Source: Promethearchaeota archaeon
Lineage (GTDB): Archaea > Asgardarchaeota > Lokiarchaeia > Sigyniarchaeales > SOKP01
Direction of reading: 5' to 3'
Assembly (NCBI GenBank): GCA_019058445.1
Contig: JAHPZA010000007.1
Location: forward strand, 20,129-84,128
Length of the DNA stretch: 64,000 nt
Shown: positions 47,433 to 57,794 of the stretch, piece after piece
Layout of the letters: each line of letters starts with the position of its first letter
Position numbering within the stretch: the stretch's first letter is position 1
The notes under the pieces: generated by a model
Told to the model about the DNA's origin: nothing
Databases searched by the model: none
What the model saw: the letters and a program-made list of their open reading frames with translations, nothing else
Position numbers and translations under genes: made by a program

Positions 47433-49631
47433 ATGATGATGAAAGTAAATAAAAAAGTTAGTTTTCAGCAAAGAACTAATTTAGAAGGTAAACATGAGAG
47501 AATATTAAGAATTAGCTGTAAAGATTGTTCCAATGTGAATGAAAGCTTTTTTAAAAATCATATATGCATTTCCTGTTTATTAAAGAACTTAATTGAAAAT
47601 AAAAATAAGAAATTCCATTCCATTTCCGTAGAAAAGCTCGATTCTCTTATTAATGCAAAAGAAATTGAACCCCTTTTTGAATATTTTAAAAACCTCAAAA
47701 AATTTAAAAAACTGTACAATGGAATTAAAGAGGTAAAATCAACAATATGTAAATTTAAGGAATTTAAATGTAAGGTTTTTCATGATTTTTCGAGATTCTT
47801 TAGAGTCGATGAGGATCTCTATTATAATCCAATTCAATTTTATATTTTTATTAAGATTAAAGAAAAGGAACTCCAAAAAAATGAAAATAATGGTAAAATT
47901 CAGACCTCGTGCCGCAGGTGTTTCCACCATATTAATAAAACTATTAAGGGCATACTTAGTTCATTAAAACAATTGGAAATTATTAAAAAGTTTGATGAAT
48001 TCCAAACCACTGATGATAATTTACAGGAAATTTCAAGTTTCTATGAGTTTTTCCTCTCTAAAGACTATAAATGGAATAAGATAAAACCATTAATTGAGAA
48101 GAGGGAATTAAAAGAGAATAGGGAACTACTTGAATCATATCAAATTGGGGAATATAGCTTATTTCAAGTATCAATTTATAATGTATTAGATGAACCTGAA
48201 AAGAAGTACCATGTGAATTTGTTACTTAGATCAGAATCGGAGAAAGCTTTTTTTATAATGGTTGCAGAAGATACTTTACAAAATTTAAATGTCACTAAAT
48301 TGGATACCATAGTATCTTTAGAAGATTTAATAGAGCTATATAAACAAAAATCATTAAATTTAATCAATTCTAAGTTTAATTTACTTGAAGAAGAAAAGAA
48401 TAAAATAGCATATTATACTTCAATAAAAAGATTAAATTTAGAAAAAATATTCCCGCTATTGATTGATGATTTTATCGAAGAAATTTTTTTAGACTCTCCT
48501 AAAGATTTTATTTATATAAATCATCAAAAATATGGACGCTGCCGCACAGAAATTAAATTTACTTCTGAAGAAATTGAAAGAGTTAAAACATTTATAAGGC
48601 TATATAGCGGACTAAGACTTGATTTCCTAAATCCGAGTATTAAACATGTAATTAAAAACAAATATTTTTATTGTAGATTTGCAATTGATATTGGTCCTGT
48701 AAATTTTAATGACTTCTCTTTAGATATAAGAAAATTAAATAGGAATATATTTACAATTCAAGATTTATTAAAAAATAACACTCTCAATCCATTAATGGCC
48801 TCTTTTTTATACTTTTGCATATTAAGAAGAATAAATATTACAGTAACCGGGGAAACAGATACGGGAAAAACAACATTAATAAATGCTTTAGATCTCTTAA
48901 CTCCTAAAGAATTTCGAAAAATATATATTGAGAATGTAATAGAGTCCCTAAACCAATTTGAATTTAATAAACACCAATTAAAGTATAAAGTAGATTCTTT
49001 AGATGATTCAATAAATAGAATGCATTCCAAAAGTAATCAAATAAAAACTCTATTACATAGAACCCCTGATCTAATTTATTTAGGTGAAATCTTAACTAAA
49101 GAAGAGGCTGAAGCGATGTTTCATTGCCTTGCCGCAGGATTAAGAGGCTTTCAAACAATCCATTCTAATGATATTGATTCTTTAATTAATCGATTCTTAT
49201 ATCATTTTAAAATAGATCAGTCATGTTTAAACGATTTAAATCTCATTTTATTAATGAAAAAAGAGTTTAATAAAAGAAGAGTCGTATCTATCAACGAGAT
49301 TGATTTGAATAATAGTCTCAATTCAAAAAAAGCATACAAAGCAATATTTAATTATAATCCAGAAAATCATAGTTGGGATAATATGATCTCTATTTATAAA
49401 ACTAATACAATTAAGAAGTTAAAGATATACGAGGATTTAAGTGTTGAGAAATTTAATGCGATAATTGAAATTTATTATGATATTTTTAAGTGTTTATCGG
49501 AAATTGATAAAATTAACAATGAAGGGCTTATCTCATTCTTTCATAAGGTTTCATATTATTCTATGAATTCAATTGCAACTTTAGAACATTTTTGGGTCAA
49601 GTGGAAAAAGATGAGAGGTTTAAATCTTTAA
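47433..49631 (+). CDS. type II/IV secretion (VirB11/TadA/FlaI-like) ATPase with Cys-rich N-terminus
   Basis: GETDTGKTT, LHRTPDLIYLGEI, QTIHS. Confidence 0.9.
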   Translation: MMMKVNKKVSFQQRTNLEGKHERILRISCKDCSNVNESFFKNHICISCLLKNLIENKNKKFHSISVEKLDSLINAKEIEPLFEYFKNLKKFKKLYNGIKEVKSTICKFKEFKCKVFHDFSRFFRVDEDLYYNPIQFYIFIKIKEKELQKNENNGKIQTSCRRCFHHINKTIKGILSSLKQLEIIKKFDEFQTTDDNLQEISSFYEFFLSKDYKWNKIKPLIEKRELKENRELLESYQIGEYSLFQVSIYNVLDEPEKKYHVNLLLRSESEKAFFIMVAEDTLQNLNVTKLDTIVSLEDLIELYKQKSLNLINSKFNLLEEEKNKIAYYTSIKRLNLEKIFPLLIDDFIEEIFLDSPKDFIYINHQKYGRCRTEIKFTSEEIERVKTFIRLYSGLRLDFLNPSIKHVIKNKYFYCRFAIDIGPVNFNDFSLDIRKLNRNIFTIQDLLKNNTLNPLMASFLYFCILRRINITVTGETDTGKTTLINALDLLTPKEFRKIYIENVIESLNQFEFNKHQLKYKVDSLDDSINRMHSKSNQIKTLLHRTPDLIYLGEILTKEEAEAMFHCLAAGLRGFQTIHSNDIDSLINRFLYHFKIDQSCLNDLNLILLMKKEFNKRRVVSINEIDLNNSLNSKKAYKAIFNYNPENHSWDNMISIYKTNTIKKLKIYEDLSVEKFNAIIEIYYDIFKCLSEIDKINNEGLISFFHKVSYYSMNSIATLEHFWVKWKKMRGLNL

Positions 49632-49647
49632 ATTTAGATTAAAAATT

Positions 49648-50070
49648 ATGACGAATTTGCTGGAGAAATCACTGATAACTGGTTTTGGAATTTTTATTTT
49701 AATTCTCTTCTTAATCTTAATCGCACCCTTTTTCCAAGAAATTGAAGAATATAAAGAAAGTGAAAAAGATGATTTGGATGATTATTCTAATTTTATTAAT
49801 AAAGTAAATTCGGCAATAAATTATTTCATAAACAATCCTGAAGAGGAATATATTGAAAAGATAGAATATCCAGAAAATATAAACGTAACTTTTACAGAAA
49901 ACTATGCTATTTTTGATTTTCTTATAGACGGGAAGGTTTATAGTAAGACATTAAAATATGATGACCAATTCATTCACAAGAGTTATTGTGATATACCTCC
50001 TAAAACATATGAGCTCATTATAACTCTTAACTCCTCTTTATTATATGTTAATTTCAGAAATCTAGACTAA
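49648..50070 (+). CDS. pilin-like / membrane-anchored pilus accessory protein
   Basis: N-terminal LLEK plus hydrophobic helix; lies between the ATPase and platform genes. Confidence 0.55.
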   Translation: MTNLLEKSLITGFGIFILILFLILIAPFFQEIEEYKESEKDDLDDYSNFINKVNSAINYFINNPEEEYIEKIEYPENINVTFTENYAIFDFLIDGKVYSKTLKYDDQFIHKSYCDIPPKTYELIITLNSSLLYVNFRNLD

Positions 50071-50079
50071 AAAAGGATT

Positions 50080-51603
50080 ATGATGAGGCTAACTAATTTA
50101 TATATCAGTTTTTGTAATTTATTTCATAATCATTCTTTACCGACTCTAAAATTTAAAGAATTAGATGAAAACTACAAAGAACTTTACCAGACTAGATATC
50201 TGATTGAAGAAAATGACATTAATAAGGCAAGCTTTTTCATTTTTTTATTAAGTTTTTCTATATCTATGCTTATTTCTTTTCTGTTCATATCAATAAACCT
50301 CTTAATTATAATCTTTTACTCTTTAATTATTTCTTTGATAGTTGCATATAATTTTAATTTAAATCTTTATAAAAAGATTAAAAGAGATGAAAATATGATT
50401 AATGCGTTATTATACTTAATAAAAATCGATTTTTCTTTACTCAGTAAAACTTATAATGAAAAATCTGATTATGCATTAGTTTTTATTGATTTGATTAAAA
50501 ATTATAATCTTCCAATATCAGAAAGTTTTAAAATTATTTTAAGAAAGGTTCATGAGGGTGAAATTCCCGAGGCGGAAATATATAAAATTATTACTCCCTC
50601 TGAAGACTTTAATAATTATTTGAAGAATTTGCTCATAAATAATTTTAATTATACTTATGATTATAATACATTAGAAGAGACAAATTCAGAGAGGAATTTT
50701 AGAATAATTTTAAGAGATATCGAATCAAAAATAAGCATTATCTTTTTTATTGGCCTCTTCTTTCCTATTGGACTCTGTTTTTTAATACTATTTCATCAAA
50801 TCGATTATGTTTTTATGATTTTATTTATTCCTTTCTTTCTTTTTTTTTTGAATTTTCTATTTAAAAAGTTTATAAAAATAGATATCATGTTAATTGGATT
50901 GTTAAATGAATATTCAATTAAAGAGCGGAAAAAATTCGATGAGTTTCTCTTATTTCTAAAAAGTTTTGCCCTTAATTTAAAAACTAATATATCTCCAGAA
51001 AAAGCATTCATTAATAGCTATTCTCAAAATAAAGATTTTTTTAATCTCTTAAAAAGTCCGATAAATACTCAAATCGCCCATTTATTAAGTTTTTCTGGTT
51101 CATTCCGCCATATTTTAAAGTATCTAAAATTCGAATTAAATTCATTACGATATAATTTAATTCTAAACACAATTGAGAGGATGATTGATGAAAATGCTTA
51201 TTATTCTTCAGAAAAAGTTTTTGAAATTTTAGATATCATTTCCAAACATAGACGGCTTGAAAAAAAATTAGGAATTATTATTAAAGGAGAAAAATTTAAA
51301 GTCTTTCTCTTTTTATTTCTATTGCCAATTATAATAGGCGCTATTGGAGGATTGTTTCCATTAGTTATAATGCTAACAAATAATAATGATATGAGTTTGA
51401 GTAGCTATTATTATCCCAATTATCTCAAGCTCATTGAAATCTCAATAATTTATCTTACATTGCTATTTAGTAATTTAATAACATCCTATTATTTTTTAAA
51501 AGTAATTCACTATGAAAAAAGATATTTTATTGTTTTTTTATCATGTTCTATTTATACCCTGGTATTTTTTCTTACATTCATGAATCTGAGCACAATGATA
51601 TGA
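50080..51603 (+). CDS. TadB/TadC/FlaJ-like pilus membrane platform protein
   Basis: two T2SSF-like repeats (GEIPE, NISPEKAF) with TM clusters; operon context. Confidence 0.7.
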   Translation: MMRLTNLYISFCNLFHNHSLPTLKFKELDENYKELYQTRYLIEENDINKASFFIFLLSFSISMLISFLFISINLLIIIFYSLIISLIVAYNFNLNLYKKIKRDENMINALLYLIKIDFSLLSKTYNEKSDYALVFIDLIKNYNLPISESFKIILRKVHEGEIPEAEIYKIITPSEDFNNYLKNLLINNFNYTYDYNTLEETNSERNFRIILRDIESKISIIFFIGLFFPIGLCFLILFHQIDYVFMILFIPFFLFFLNFLFKKFIKIDIMLIGLLNEYSIKERKKFDEFLLFLKSFALNLKTNISPEKAFINSYSQNKDFFNLLKSPINTQIAHLLSFSGSFRHILKYLKFELNSLRYNLILNTIERMIDENAYYSSEKVFEILDIISKHRRLEKKLGIIIKGEKFKVFLFLFLLPIIIGAIGGLFPLVIMLTNNNDMSLSSYYYPNYLKLIEISIIYLTLLFSNLITSYYFLKVIHYEKRYFIVFLSCSIYTLVFFLTFMNLSTMI

Positions 51604-51614
51604 TTTATTATGGA

Positions 51615-51914
51615 TTATTGAGTGATAAATAAATATAGTAATTGAACGAGTAAAAAAAAGCCAATAAAAAGATTAATAATTGTAGAATAAAAAAAAAGGA
51701 CTTTAAAAAAGAGCTTATTTTCAAGATTATTTGCAAAGATTAAGCAATTTAATTTATCTAATAAAAGAAAAAGTGGTAATAAAAGGATTATATAAATAGA
51801 TAATGATAAGCAAGTAGTAATGGTATCGCTAGAGATTGCTGAATAAATAAATATTATAATATAAAGCAGAATTATAACTAAAATCTCAAATACAACAATA
51901 CTTATTTCAGACAT
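51615..51914 (-). CDS. small 3-TM membrane protein
   Basis: hydrophobicity pattern. Confidence 0.6.
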   Translation of the reverse strand: MSEISIVVFEILVIILLYIIIFIYSAISSDTITTCLSLSIYIILLLPLFLLLDKLNCLIFANNLENKLFFKVLFFYSTIINLFIGFFLLVQLLYLFITQ

Positions 51915-52136
51915 AATTATGAATTATCCTATTTAAGTAACTATCTTAATATTTCCTTTAAAACAACTATATTTTTATGAAAAATGATTCAATACCACAG
52001 CGATTTCTTCTATATAATCAGTAAGCTGTTTCTAAAAGAAGTCCCCTTTTTATCGCAAATTCAAAGATAAAATATAAATAAACAAAGAGATTAAATGAAT
52101 TTGTCTTAGGTAAAAAATCTTTTATAACAAGAATTA

Positions 52137-52637
52137 ATGATTATAATAATGAGAAATATAAAATTGAAAGGTTTGAAATATAGTAGAGGAAAATATTTAT
52201 TATTTGATGATCGCTTTATATTCTTCCCTCCTCAGTTGATTGATATTTTAGCATCTATCTATGGTGAAGGGGTAAAGTCCTTATTAGTATGGTTAGGAAA
52301 AAAAACAGGGTGGACGTTATCCCAGAATTGGGAGGAAAATTTAAAACCAAAAAATTTAGATGATTTAGTAAATCAATTTAGTAATATATTAAGTAATCAA
52401 GGATGGGGTATTTTCGTTCCAAAACAAATCTCTGATGAGCTTATAATCATAGAACATTATCATAATATTTCTTCGGAATTAGAGAATAAATCCAGGTATT
52501 TTTGCTATTTCATAACGGGAATATTATCTGGTTTTGGGGAATTTGCGTTATACCGCACAAATGTTCACGAACAAAATTGTAGTATTGAAAATCCGAGTTT
52601 AGATTATTGTGAATACAGAATTGAGAAAATTCATTAA
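52137..52637 (+). CDS. V4R / TRAPP Bet3-like domain protein
   Basis: LGKKTG, QGWG, CYFITGILSG, EQNC......CEY. Confidence 0.8.
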   Translation: MIIIMRNIKLKGLKYSRGKYLLFDDRFIFFPPQLIDILASIYGEGVKSLLVWLGKKTGWTLSQNWEENLKPKNLDDLVNQFSNILSNQGWGIFVPKQISDELIIIEHYHNISSELENKSRYFCYFITGILSGFGEFALYRTNVHEQNCSIENPSLDYCEYRIEKIH

Positions 52638-52648
52638 CAAATTTGAAC

Positions 52649-53041
52649 TTACCAAGGATCCCATTCCTCAGGATTTAATTCTTCAGTATCATCATCCTTA
52701 ATTGATTTTTCAGTAGAATCATGATTAATCTGATATAATTCTTGTTTTAATTCTGGAAATTCTTGTGTGTCATTTACCTTAGTTTCAATTGTGTTAAAGT
52801 TATTATCTAAAATTATAGCTTCATCACCAATTACCACATCTTTAAAAGCAGCAATTAATGAGAGGAATTTAAGAAATTCTTCTTTATTTATATTCACCTT
52901 AGTGGAATTTTCTTTATTTATAAGTGCGAGTTTTATCATCCGAACTTCACCACTAATCTCAACAGAAGTTATTTCTATAAATTCATCTGTATTGTGTAAT
53001 TGAATTTTCCATGATGTCTCTCTTTTTTTTTCAATTTCCAT
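52649..53041 (-). CDS. hypothetical protein with acidic tail ending EEWDPW
   Basis: 130-aa ORF. Confidence 0.7.
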   Translation of the reverse strand: MEIEKKRETSWKIQLHNTDEFIEITSVEISGEVRMIKLALINKENSTKVNINKEEFLKFLSLIAAFKDVVIGDEAIILDNNFNTIETKVNDTQEFPELKQELYQINHDSTEKSIKDDDTEELNPEEWDPW

Positions 53042-53262
53042 AATTACTTCTTCTGTTTGTATAATTAATAAATCTCATTAATTAAATAACAATATATAAA
53101 TTTAAAATTTTATATCATTAGGATATTTCGTGTTGAATGATAGATGCATTTTTACTATAATATAAAGTAATATATCTTAGAAAAATGAAGCTTTCATGAG
53201 GGTATTGAACTATCAGTTTAAAAATAAATTAAAAAATATAAAAATCATGCATAGTTAAGAGC

Positions 53263-53577
53263 TTAGAGTAGTTTTTCTAAAAATAGGTCCTGAATGAAAT
53301 CTACAAACTCTTCATTTTCAACAATATCTTTTAGAAGGTTATTCAGTTCATTAATTTTAATATTTTTTGAAATCTTCTTCATTATTGCTTTTAAATCCCC
53401 TTCTTTTTCGAAATCATTTAACTCCGAGATCTTTTTAAACAGATCATGATTTTCCGAATTTTTCAGAAAAATTTGAAATTTTTCAAATATTGTATCATAG
53501 TCTCCCTCATCAAATTTAAACTCTGAAATTAATTCGATGGATTGATCCAGATTTTTTTTAGTGATATCTTCATTCAT
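53263..53577 (-). CDS. hypothetical acidic protein
   Basis: 104-aa ORF with GAGGT Shine-Dalgarno. Confidence 0.65.
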   Translation of the reverse strand: MNEDITKKNLDQSIELISEFKFDEGDYDTIFEKFQIFLKNSENHDLFKKISELNDFEKEGDLKAIMKKISKNIKINELNNLLKDIVENEEFVDFIQDLFLEKLL

Positions 53578-53626
53578 TTTTTAATTTACCTCATATTGTT
53601 TTAAATTAATCTTTTAAAGGAATTAT

Positions 53627-54325
53627 TTAAATTACGATTATTAAAAACAAGATTAAAAAGTATGAAATAAAACATATTAATGTCAGTGGAGGTCTATACA
53701 TACCTAAAAACTGTAATTTTCTATTCTGATTATTATATACGATAAAAAGATAGTCGATGTAAATTTTTTCTCCTTCAAAATCCGTTAATTTTGATAAAGC
53801 AAAAAACTTATAGAACGATTTAATAAACAATTTTCTAAGAATTGATAATTTAACATCAAAAATGTAAAATACTCCAAATGCGTAAGAATTATTTTTCATA
53901 CTATTATGAACTAAATTAATAAAAAACATAATTAAGAAAAAAAGTGAAAAAAAAAAAAAAAAAAATACCACGAAATAATAATTTAGATATCTAATGGGAT
54001 GAACTGAAAATATCAAAAGAAATAATTTTCCATCACTCCCTCCTATAATTTTTAGAGAAAATAACACAAAAGAAAATAAAAAAATTATACAAAAAAAAAG
54101 TATTTTTAAGAGTAAAATCAGCAAAATTTCACTATAAAAAAACACCATCTCTACTGTATTTAGAAAGATAGAAAAACAAAAACATGTTCTTAGGAATCTA
54201 TTTGAAATTTTTCTAAATTTAAGGTCAAGATACACCGAAATTAATAAAATAATGGTTATAAAACAAATATCTATAAAAATTATCCATGATAACATGAAAT
54301 TATAAATCGCCTTCCCAAATTTCAA
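53627..54325 (-). CDS. A24 prepilin peptidase (TadV/FlaK-like)
   Basis: SVYLDLKFRKISN, GGSDGK, C-terminal PPL. Confidence 0.8.
   Translation of the reverse strand: MKFGKAIYNFMLSWIIFIDICFITIILLISVYLDLKFRKISNRFLRTCFCFSIFLNTVEMVFFYSEILLILLLKILFFCIIFLFSFVLFSLKIIGGSDGKLFLLIFSVHPIRYLNYYFVVFFFFFFSLFFLIMFFINLVHNSMKNNSYAFGVFYIFDVKLSILRKLFIKSFYKFFALSKLTDFEGEKIYIDYLFIVYNNQNRKLQFLGMYRPPLTLICFISYFLILFLIIVI
53947..53965 (-). repeat. T19 homopolymer within the prepilin peptidase CDS
   Basis: A19 on the + strand; encodes FFFFFF. Confidence 0.9.
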
Positions 54326-54593
54326 TAAACTTTTTCAAATATCTTGCTTTTACATTTTCATTTTTATATCTATAAATTTTAATCCGGCCAAACTTTTTTT
54401 CTTGAACTAGATTTGTTCGCTTTAAGAAGTTTAAATGTTTTAAGACGATAGTGTGATTTAGATTTGTTTTGGTAATAATGAGAGAAATATTCAACTCATT
54501 ATTTAACGCAAGCATTTTTAAGATCTTTATTCTTGCTCTGGATCCTAATAAATCTTCAATATGGTTTAGTTCTTTTTGTTCATTAATAATCAT
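54300..54593 (-). CDS. ArsR-like winged-HTH protein
   Basis: LLGSRARIKIL, HL..L....LV, FGRIKIY; ATGA overlap with cdc6. Confidence 0.85.
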   Translation of the reverse strand: MIINEQKELNHIEDLLGSRARIKILKMLALNNELNISLIITKTNLNHTIVLKHLNFLKRTNLVQEKKFGRIKIYRYKNENVKARYLKKFIEIWEGDL

Positions 54594-55795
54594 ATTTTCA
54601 CGCCCTTAGAATTCAAAATATCTCTAACTATCCTTTCAAATTTCAATAAAGGGATATCTGGAATTTCAATTAGTGCTTTTCTTCCCCTAATTGATTTACT
54701 TTGCAATTTTACATATATAAGCTTTTCCTTTTTATATTCTTGGAGGTAATTCCATAATTGAGAATATGATCTAGGTCTCAAACCAGCATTTTCACACAAT
54801 ATTAAATAAGGTTTTAAAATTTCTAAAAATGTAATTCTATTTTCATTATTGGTTTTTAAGTGAAGTATCGTAGCCAATAAAAAAATTAATTTTTGGGAAG
54901 TCATGTCTTTTAAGATGTCTAATGTTGAAAAAGGGACCATGTCTTGGTTCGCAAGTCTTATACATTCAGAGCTAATTAACTTTAAATTTTTATTTTCCGC
55001 TATTTTACCTGCTTTCCATAGTAAGTTTAAACCATATCTAATGTCTCCATTCAGGGACACTATATCTGAAATCATTTCAATCAACTCATCAGATAAAACA
55101 TTTTTTTTGAAACTTATTTCAGCTCTATATTTTAAAATATCAAAAATTTGTTCATTTGTATAATTTTCAAACCTTATTATGTTTCTTTGTAATGTACTTA
55201 ACGTACTATTATCTAAATTATTAATACATGAAACATCTCTTACAATTCCTATTAAAGAGATCCTTTGTGGCACATTGTAAGAATCATCGTTTAACCTCGT
55301 TAAGGAATAAATCAAATCATTATCATTATTAATTAAATAATTTAACTCATCTAGAATAATTAAAATATGAAGATTATGGGTATTGAGAAAATCGTCTATA
55401 ATCTCTAAAAGGTCTTGAGGCGAATAACCTCTCTTTGGAAAACTCTTATTAATTGATCTTATTATTTTTATCATTACTTTATAACTAGTACGTTCTTTTC
55501 GACAATTTACGTGAATATAACTAATCGAGATATCCTTTTTTTTTGCTGCTTTAACTAATAAATTTCCAAAAAATTTTACAGTCACAGTTTTGCCTATTCC
55601 AGTTCTCCCTGTTACGAGAACTTTTCGAGAGATCTCGTTTGGATTTGTTAATAATGTTAAAAATAGTTGCGATAGTAATGATAATTCTTTATTGCGATGA
55701 GGTAATGTATCTGGAATAAAATTTATATCTAATTTGCGTTCATCCTTGAAAATAGAGGGCTTATTTAATAGATTTTCAAATATATCCACACTCAT
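54590..55795 (-). CDS. cdc6: Orc1/Cdc6 replication initiator
   Basis: IPDTLPHR, GRTGIGKT, ILDELN, GDIRYGL, C-terminal winged helix. Confidence 0.95.
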   Translation of the reverse strand: MSVDIFENLLNKPSIFKDERKLDINFIPDTLPHRNKELSLLSQLFLTLLTNPNEISRKVLVTGRTGIGKTVTVKFFGNLLVKAAKKKDISISYIHVNCRKERTSYKVMIKIIRSINKSFPKRGYSPQDLLEIIDDFLNTHNLHILIILDELNYLINNDNDLIYSLTRLNDDSYNVPQRISLIGIVRDVSCINNLDNSTLSTLQRNIIRFENYTNEQIFDILKYRAEISFKKNVLSDELIEMISDIVSLNGDIRYGLNLLWKAGKIAENKNLKLISSECIRLANQDMVPFSTLDILKDMTSQKLIFLLATILHLKTNNENRITFLEILKPYLILCENAGLRPRSYSQLWNYLQEYKKEKLIYVKLQSKSIRGRKALIEIPDIPLLKFERIVRDILNSKGVKI

Positions 55796-56051
55796 AATGC
55801 TTAACCCACAGAATTTATATTATCACAAACAACTTATTATTTAAAAGAAAACACAGAGTAGTAATTTTTTAATATCTTTTTTTAGTTTTTTTTTATGAAG
55901 GGGCCATCATATTATTTACTTCTTCTGTTCTCTTTTATATAAAATAGATATTATCTTTCGAAGTTTAATCATGGGGCAATTCTGTATTTTGTCGGTTTAA
56001 CATTTTTACTAAAATTATTGTGTTTTATACAAAGTTTTGTTATAAAAATGT

Positions 56052-56972
56052 CTAATATTTAATTGTTAAATCCGCCAAATCTTTTTGTTTCGCTTTTTTA
56101 ATATTATTATGATAGAAGATAAGAAAACCTAAAACTGAGATACTCAATATAGAGAAAATGATTGGAATGAAATTTATAGTAGTATTTTCTTGGGTTTCAG
56201 AATTATTACTTTCAATGCCAGATTCATCATTTCGTATTGAACCGATAATTAGTTGATACTCAAAAGTTGAATCAGTATAAAATTTATCACTATATATTTC
56301 AAATATCAAATTATAAATTCCGATTGTGATGTTTTCAAAATTAGATATTATTATCTCAATCATTCCGGAGGAATTTGTTGTGAAATTGTTTGTATAATGA
56401 ATCCCCTCATTTGACACAATTTTTACATTTATTATATGATTAGTCAAGTTGATATTGTCATCTGAAGAATAGAACCTAGCTTTAAACTGTAATAAATCTC
56501 CATAATTAATGTTTTGCTTAAAATCAATTAATTCACAAGAGATATTTCTTTTAATCGCTTGGATATATCTTACTTCCGCATAACCATCGGTTATAACACC
56601 TGTATTCAGATAATAATAAAATGCCACAATAAGGTCAATGGATGTGTTGTTAAAGGGTAAGTCTAAGTCTTCAATGTTTATATACCATTCTCCCTCTAAA
56701 TGAGACCCTTTTTGACTATATAAAGAGGAATTCCAAAGAAGGTCCCATGCATTGTCTAAAATTTTTATCTGAATGAATGAAGTCTGCCCAACTTCATAAT
56801 TTAAATCCCATGAAGCATTAATATAAATTTCCTCATCATAGTAATATGTTTCCTTATCCGTATTGAAGTACCAGACGATAATATAAGGTGAGCATCTACC
56901 TTTATTCGCTAAATTAATAATCCCGATAAAAACAATGATTAAAAAAAATATTGTTTTTTTCTTTTTTTCCAC
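56052..56972 (-). CDS. secreted Ig-like surface protein with C-terminal anchor
   Basis: signal peptide, TDKETYY, TTNSSG, many NxS/T sites, TM helix plus basic tail. Confidence 0.7.
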   Translation of the reverse strand: MEKKKKTIFFLIIVFIGIINLANKGRCSPYIIVWYFNTDKETYYYDEEIYINASWDLNYEVGQTSFIQIKILDNAWDLLWNSSLYSQKGSHLEGEWYINIEDLDLPFNNTSIDLIVAFYYYLNTGVITDGYAEVRYIQAIKRNISCELIDFKQNINYGDLLQFKARFYSSDDNINLTNHIINVKIVSNEGIHYTNNFTTNSSGMIEIIISNFENITIGIYNLIFEIYSDKFYTDSTFEYQLIIGSIRNDESGIESNNSETQENTTINFIPIIFSILSISVLGFLIFYHNNIKKAKQKDLADLTIKY

Positions 56973-57092
56973 ATCAGAATTCTAGATCTAAATATAAAAA
57001 GACATACTATTCCAAAAGACATAAATTTTATAAATAATTTATTTTAAAAGAGTCAAAAAAATAATTCCAAAAAAATAATAATTGCTAAAAAA

Positions 57093-57290
57093 ATGGGAAA
57101 AGTTAGAACGTTTTTAATTAAAAATATTTCAAAGGAACTAATAAATAAATATCCTGATGTATTTACTACAGAGTTCGAAGAAAATAAGAAACTACTTGAT
57201 AAATACCTTGAAATTGATTCAAAACATTTAAGAAATAGAATTTCGGGATATATTGTAAATTTACTTAAAATTAAAAATCAAGAACAATAA
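57093..57290 (+). CDS. rps17e: 30S ribosomal protein eS17
   Basis: MGKVRT, FEENKK, SKHLRNRISGY. Confidence 0.96.
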   Translation: MGKVRTFLIKNISKELINKYPDVFTTEFEENKKLLDKYLEIDSKHLRNRISGYIVNLLKIKNQEQ

Positions 57291-57362
57291 TTATATTACA
57301 AATTAGTTCGTTTAATAATATCACTTCATTTTTGAATTTGATTAAGATTTAACCATTTTCAT

Positions 57363-57794
57363 GTGAGTACCATTCAAGAAAAAAAGAACGATGAAGCAAA
57401 AATAATGGCTGGGCTTCTAAGGGCTGGTCATACCATGCTAAATTTGGCTTGTCCCTTATGTAATAATCCTCTTTTTCGAAATAAGGAGAATGATATCTTT
57501 TGTCCAATATGTAATAAAAAAGTTATCATTAAAAAAGAAGATTCATTAGTTAATGAAGGAGAAAATTCAATTAAATCAGAAGATAGAGGTCAAAATTCAA
57601 AAAACATAGATAAACAACGATATTATAATCCTAATACGTTAATCAGAATCATTGAAAATAAAATAAATATGATAACTCAAAAATTAGAACATGAAACTCA
57701 AATGGATATAATTGAAAGATACATAAAGGTTTTGACAAAACTTTTTGATCTTTTAAAAAAATTAAATAATTGTAATGCTTCTGCCGGGATTTGA
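57363..57794 (+). CDS. UPF0148 / Sjogren autoantigen-1 family zinc-ribbon protein
   Basis: MA.LLRAGHTML..ACP.C..PLF...CP.C. Confidence 0.85.
   Translation: MSTIQEKKNDEAKIMAGLLRAGHTMLNLACPLCNNPLFRNKENDIFCPICNKKVIIKKEDSLVNEGENSIKSEDRGQNSKNIDKQRYYNPNTLIRIIENKINMITQKLEHETQMDIIERYIKVLTKLFDLLKKLNNCNASAGI

Noticed and set aside
55796-56051. Replication origin next to cdc6
   Set aside because: AT-rich with two short GGGGC strings, but no convincing repeated ORB boxes; needs GC-skew or marker-frequency analysis
57776-57794. Functional significance of the UPF0148 gene overlapping tRNA-Glu antisense
   Set aside because: A 19-nt tail overlap is most simply explained by stop-codon drift
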